A DNA stretch of 64,000 bases from Okamejei kenojei (lineage: Eukaryota). Of this stretch, positions 62,980 through 64,000 are shown one piece after another. The notes under the pieces are model-generated. The model worked only from the letters and a program-made list of their open reading frames with translations. It searched no databases and was not told the origin of the DNA. Position numbers and translations under genes: made by a program. Numbering within the stretch: position 1 is the first letter of the stretch; each line of letters starts with the position of its first letter. The DNA lies in contig CM069155.1 of assembly GCA_035221665.1 (NCBI GenBank), positions 4,526,001 to 4,590,000 of the forward strand. Reading direction: 5' to 3'.

Positions 62980-63742
62980 GCAAGCATTTTAGAACCAATA
63001 GAGACACTTTTTGCAAGCATTTTAGAACCAATAGATACTTTTTGCAAGCATTTCAGAACCAATAGAGACACTTTTTGCAAGCATTTTCAAGAACCAATAG
63101 AGGCCACTTTTTGCAAATTTTAGAACCAATAGACACTTTTGCAAAGCATTTTAGAACCAATAGACACTTTTTGCAACCATTTTAGAACCAATAGACACTT
63201 TTTGCAAGCATTTTAGAACCAATAGAGACACTTTCTGCAAGCATTTTAGAACCATAGAGGCACTTTTTGCAACCATTTTAGAACCAATAGACACTTTCTG
63301 CAAGCATTTTAGAACCAATAGACACTTTCTGCAAGCATTTTAGAACCAATAGACACTTTTTGCAAGCATTTTAGAACCAATAGACACTTTTTGCAAGCAT
63401 TTTAGAACCGATAGACACTTTTTGCAAGCATTTTAGAACCAATAGACACTTTGTGCAAGCATTTTAGAACCAATAGACACGTTGTGCAAGCATTTTAGAA
63501 CCGATAGACACGTTCTGCAAGCATTTAGAACCAATAGAAGCCATTTTTGAAATAGACACTTTTTTGCAAGCATTTTTAGAACCAATAGAGACAATAGACA
63601 TTTTAAGAACAATAGCGATTTTTGCAAGCATTTTTAGAACCAATAGAGACACTTTTTTTTGCAAGCATTTTAGAACCAAATAGGACACTTTTTGCAAGCA
63701 TTTTAGACCCACTTTGCAAGCATTTTGAACCAAGCACTTTTT
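62980..63742. repeat. 31-bp minisatellite (TGCAAGCATTTTAGAACCAATAGACACTTTT)n, about 24 copies
   Basis: Directly visible head-to-tail array with no spacers. Confidence 0.97.
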
Positions 63743-64000
63743 AGGTGTTTGGAGCTCGCAGGCGGTTCCAGCTGCGGGAGGTGCAGTGCGAGCATAGATG
63801 GGGGGGTTGGAGCGGGCTGGGCGATTCTAGCTGCGGGAGGCGCGCGCGGAGCGTAGTTGGATGTGGGGGGGGGGGTTGGAGCGGGCGGGAAAACTATCGA
63901 GTCCAGATAAAACATTTAATCTGTGGGAGGCGCGGCGCGAAAACTAGCGCGTGCGTAGTTGATTATATTATTTGAAGAGGGGGAGGGGGGTCTCTCGTAC

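Larger units (their letters stand above)
62714..64000 (-). mobile_element. Probable non-autonomous Helitron-like element, 3' end at ~62714, inserted in a SINE head (62643-62713)
   Basis: Hairpin gggaccc-att-gggtacc (62725-62741) a few nt from a degenerate CTAG-like end (minus strand ...acttagtcgag). Internal tandem arrays are common in Helitrons. Confidence 0.5.

Noticed and set aside
62980-63742. CRISPR-like 31-bp repeat array
   Set aside because: Units are head-to-tail with no unique spacers and no cas genes, in a vertebrate context.

Overview
Vertebrate, repeat-dense genomic DNA. The repeat landscape (HE1/V-type SINEs, CR1 LINEs, Penelope, DIRS1, Harbinger) points to a cartilaginous fish, probably a skate or ray; this is inference. 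The only recognisable host gene is SRRM4 (nSR100, the neural microexon splicing regulator) on the minus strand. Its first coding exon is 55227-55097 (131 nt, strong Kozak, GT donor), with 5'UTR/promoter at about 55228-55770. Positions 1-55096 are therefore most likely intron 1, because I found no downstream exon. Other contents: two head-to-head DIRS1 tyrosine-recombinase retrotransposons, one with ITR/ICR termini still complementary; an internally deleted two-ORF PIF/Harbinger element plus related MITEs, one carrying a 20-bp minisatellite; a probable Helitron end with a 31-bp array; many CR1, Rex-Babar, L1/Tx1 fragments and SINEs; and a 282-N gap. The most striking pattern is about 20 very short Penelope terminal-repeat insertions carrying a minimal hammerhead-ribozyme motif, many as fold-back units with readable target-site duplications. 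Repeat boundaries were read by eye and are approximate unless a TSD or TIR is given.
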